A stretch of 64,000 bases of DNA from NCBI RefSeq assembly GCF_964355755.1, contig NC_092670.1, forward strand, positions 23,174,795-23,238,794, in the 5' to 3' direction. The notes beneath the pieces are model-generated. The model was not told the DNA's origin and made no database searches. It saw nothing but the letters and a program-made list of their open reading frames with translations. Positions 63,361-64,000 of the stretch are shown in pieces (positions within the stretch are counted from its first letter, which is position 1; every line of letters begins with the position of its first letter). The translations under genes and the position numbers were made by a program. This DNA is from Antedon mediterranea (lineage: Eukaryota > Animalia > Echinodermata).

Positions 63361-63370
63361 TTTTATATAA
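63361..63370 (-). promoter_or_regulatory. Candidate TATA box of the astacin gene
   Basis: The minus strand has TTATATAAAA ~55 nt upstream of the signal-peptide ATG. Confidence 0.45.
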
Positions 63371-64000
63371 GCAAACCTGCTTTACCAATCTCTCCTTCCA
63401 TATTGCCTTAGAAGTAAAGAAAATATGTTTTTTTTAATTATAACTTCTTAAAATCAATAAATTTAATATATACCGTAATAACGTTCGGTTATTAAAGAAT
63501 ATGTTAACTTTAGTTACTATTTGTTTGTTTGCTGTTAAAATCAATAATTTTTATATTATCAATAGGCCTATCCCACTAATATAGAAACCATATTTATTCT
63601 ATATAAATAGCTATTAATAATATGGTATTATTAATATAATTTTCTTTAATTTAATTTCATACAAGAAGCTTATGGTCAAGGCCCGTTCTTACGAAGATTT
63701 TTAATTATTATTATTATTATAGACTTTAAACGTGTAGGCCTATACTATTGTAATTCGTGATCAATATTACTTGCGTTGCGTGCAAACCAATGCATATTTT
63801 CGTTATTAACTATATATTGTGTGTAATTATATTATAATACTAGAAAAGATGTCCCAGAGCCGATTTTTAAAGTTAACTTCGGTATAGTTGGTAAAATTAT
63901 GGAGAGAATTATCAGGAAGGAATTATTGGACTTTCTTGAACATCTCACTTGTACTTGATGTAGGCCTACTTGAAAACTGGTTTTCTTATTTTGATAATCA

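Overview
AT-rich animal genomic DNA with GT-AG introns; an invertebrate, possibly an echinoderm (inference from the SpAN/BP10-like astacin and abundant TAGGCCTA motifs). Bases 1-4237 are the 3' part of an apparently intact Helentron (Helitron2-type) Rep-PIF1 helicase-AP endonuclease ORF. It is followed by ~25 kb (7481-32699) of 20 co-oriented, non-autonomous 1.15-1.6 kb Helentron-type elements. The array is not a simple tandem repeat: several units sit inside the terminal poly(A) tract of another unit and displace that unit's terminal hairpin module downstream, which points to self-targeted, nested accumulation. The right half holds three host genes reconstructed by hand: ECSIT (minus, 5 coding exons), a secreted CAP/SCP protein (plus, 5 coding exons) and an astacin-EGF-CUB-Pro/Thr protease with an unusual C-terminal FG-GAP/VCBS-like domain (minus, 13 exons). 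Between and within these genes are decayed CR1-like and Tx1/L1-like LINEs, a Penelope fragment with a hammerhead ribozyme, MITEs and minisatellites. Coordinates were read by eye and may be off by a few bases.
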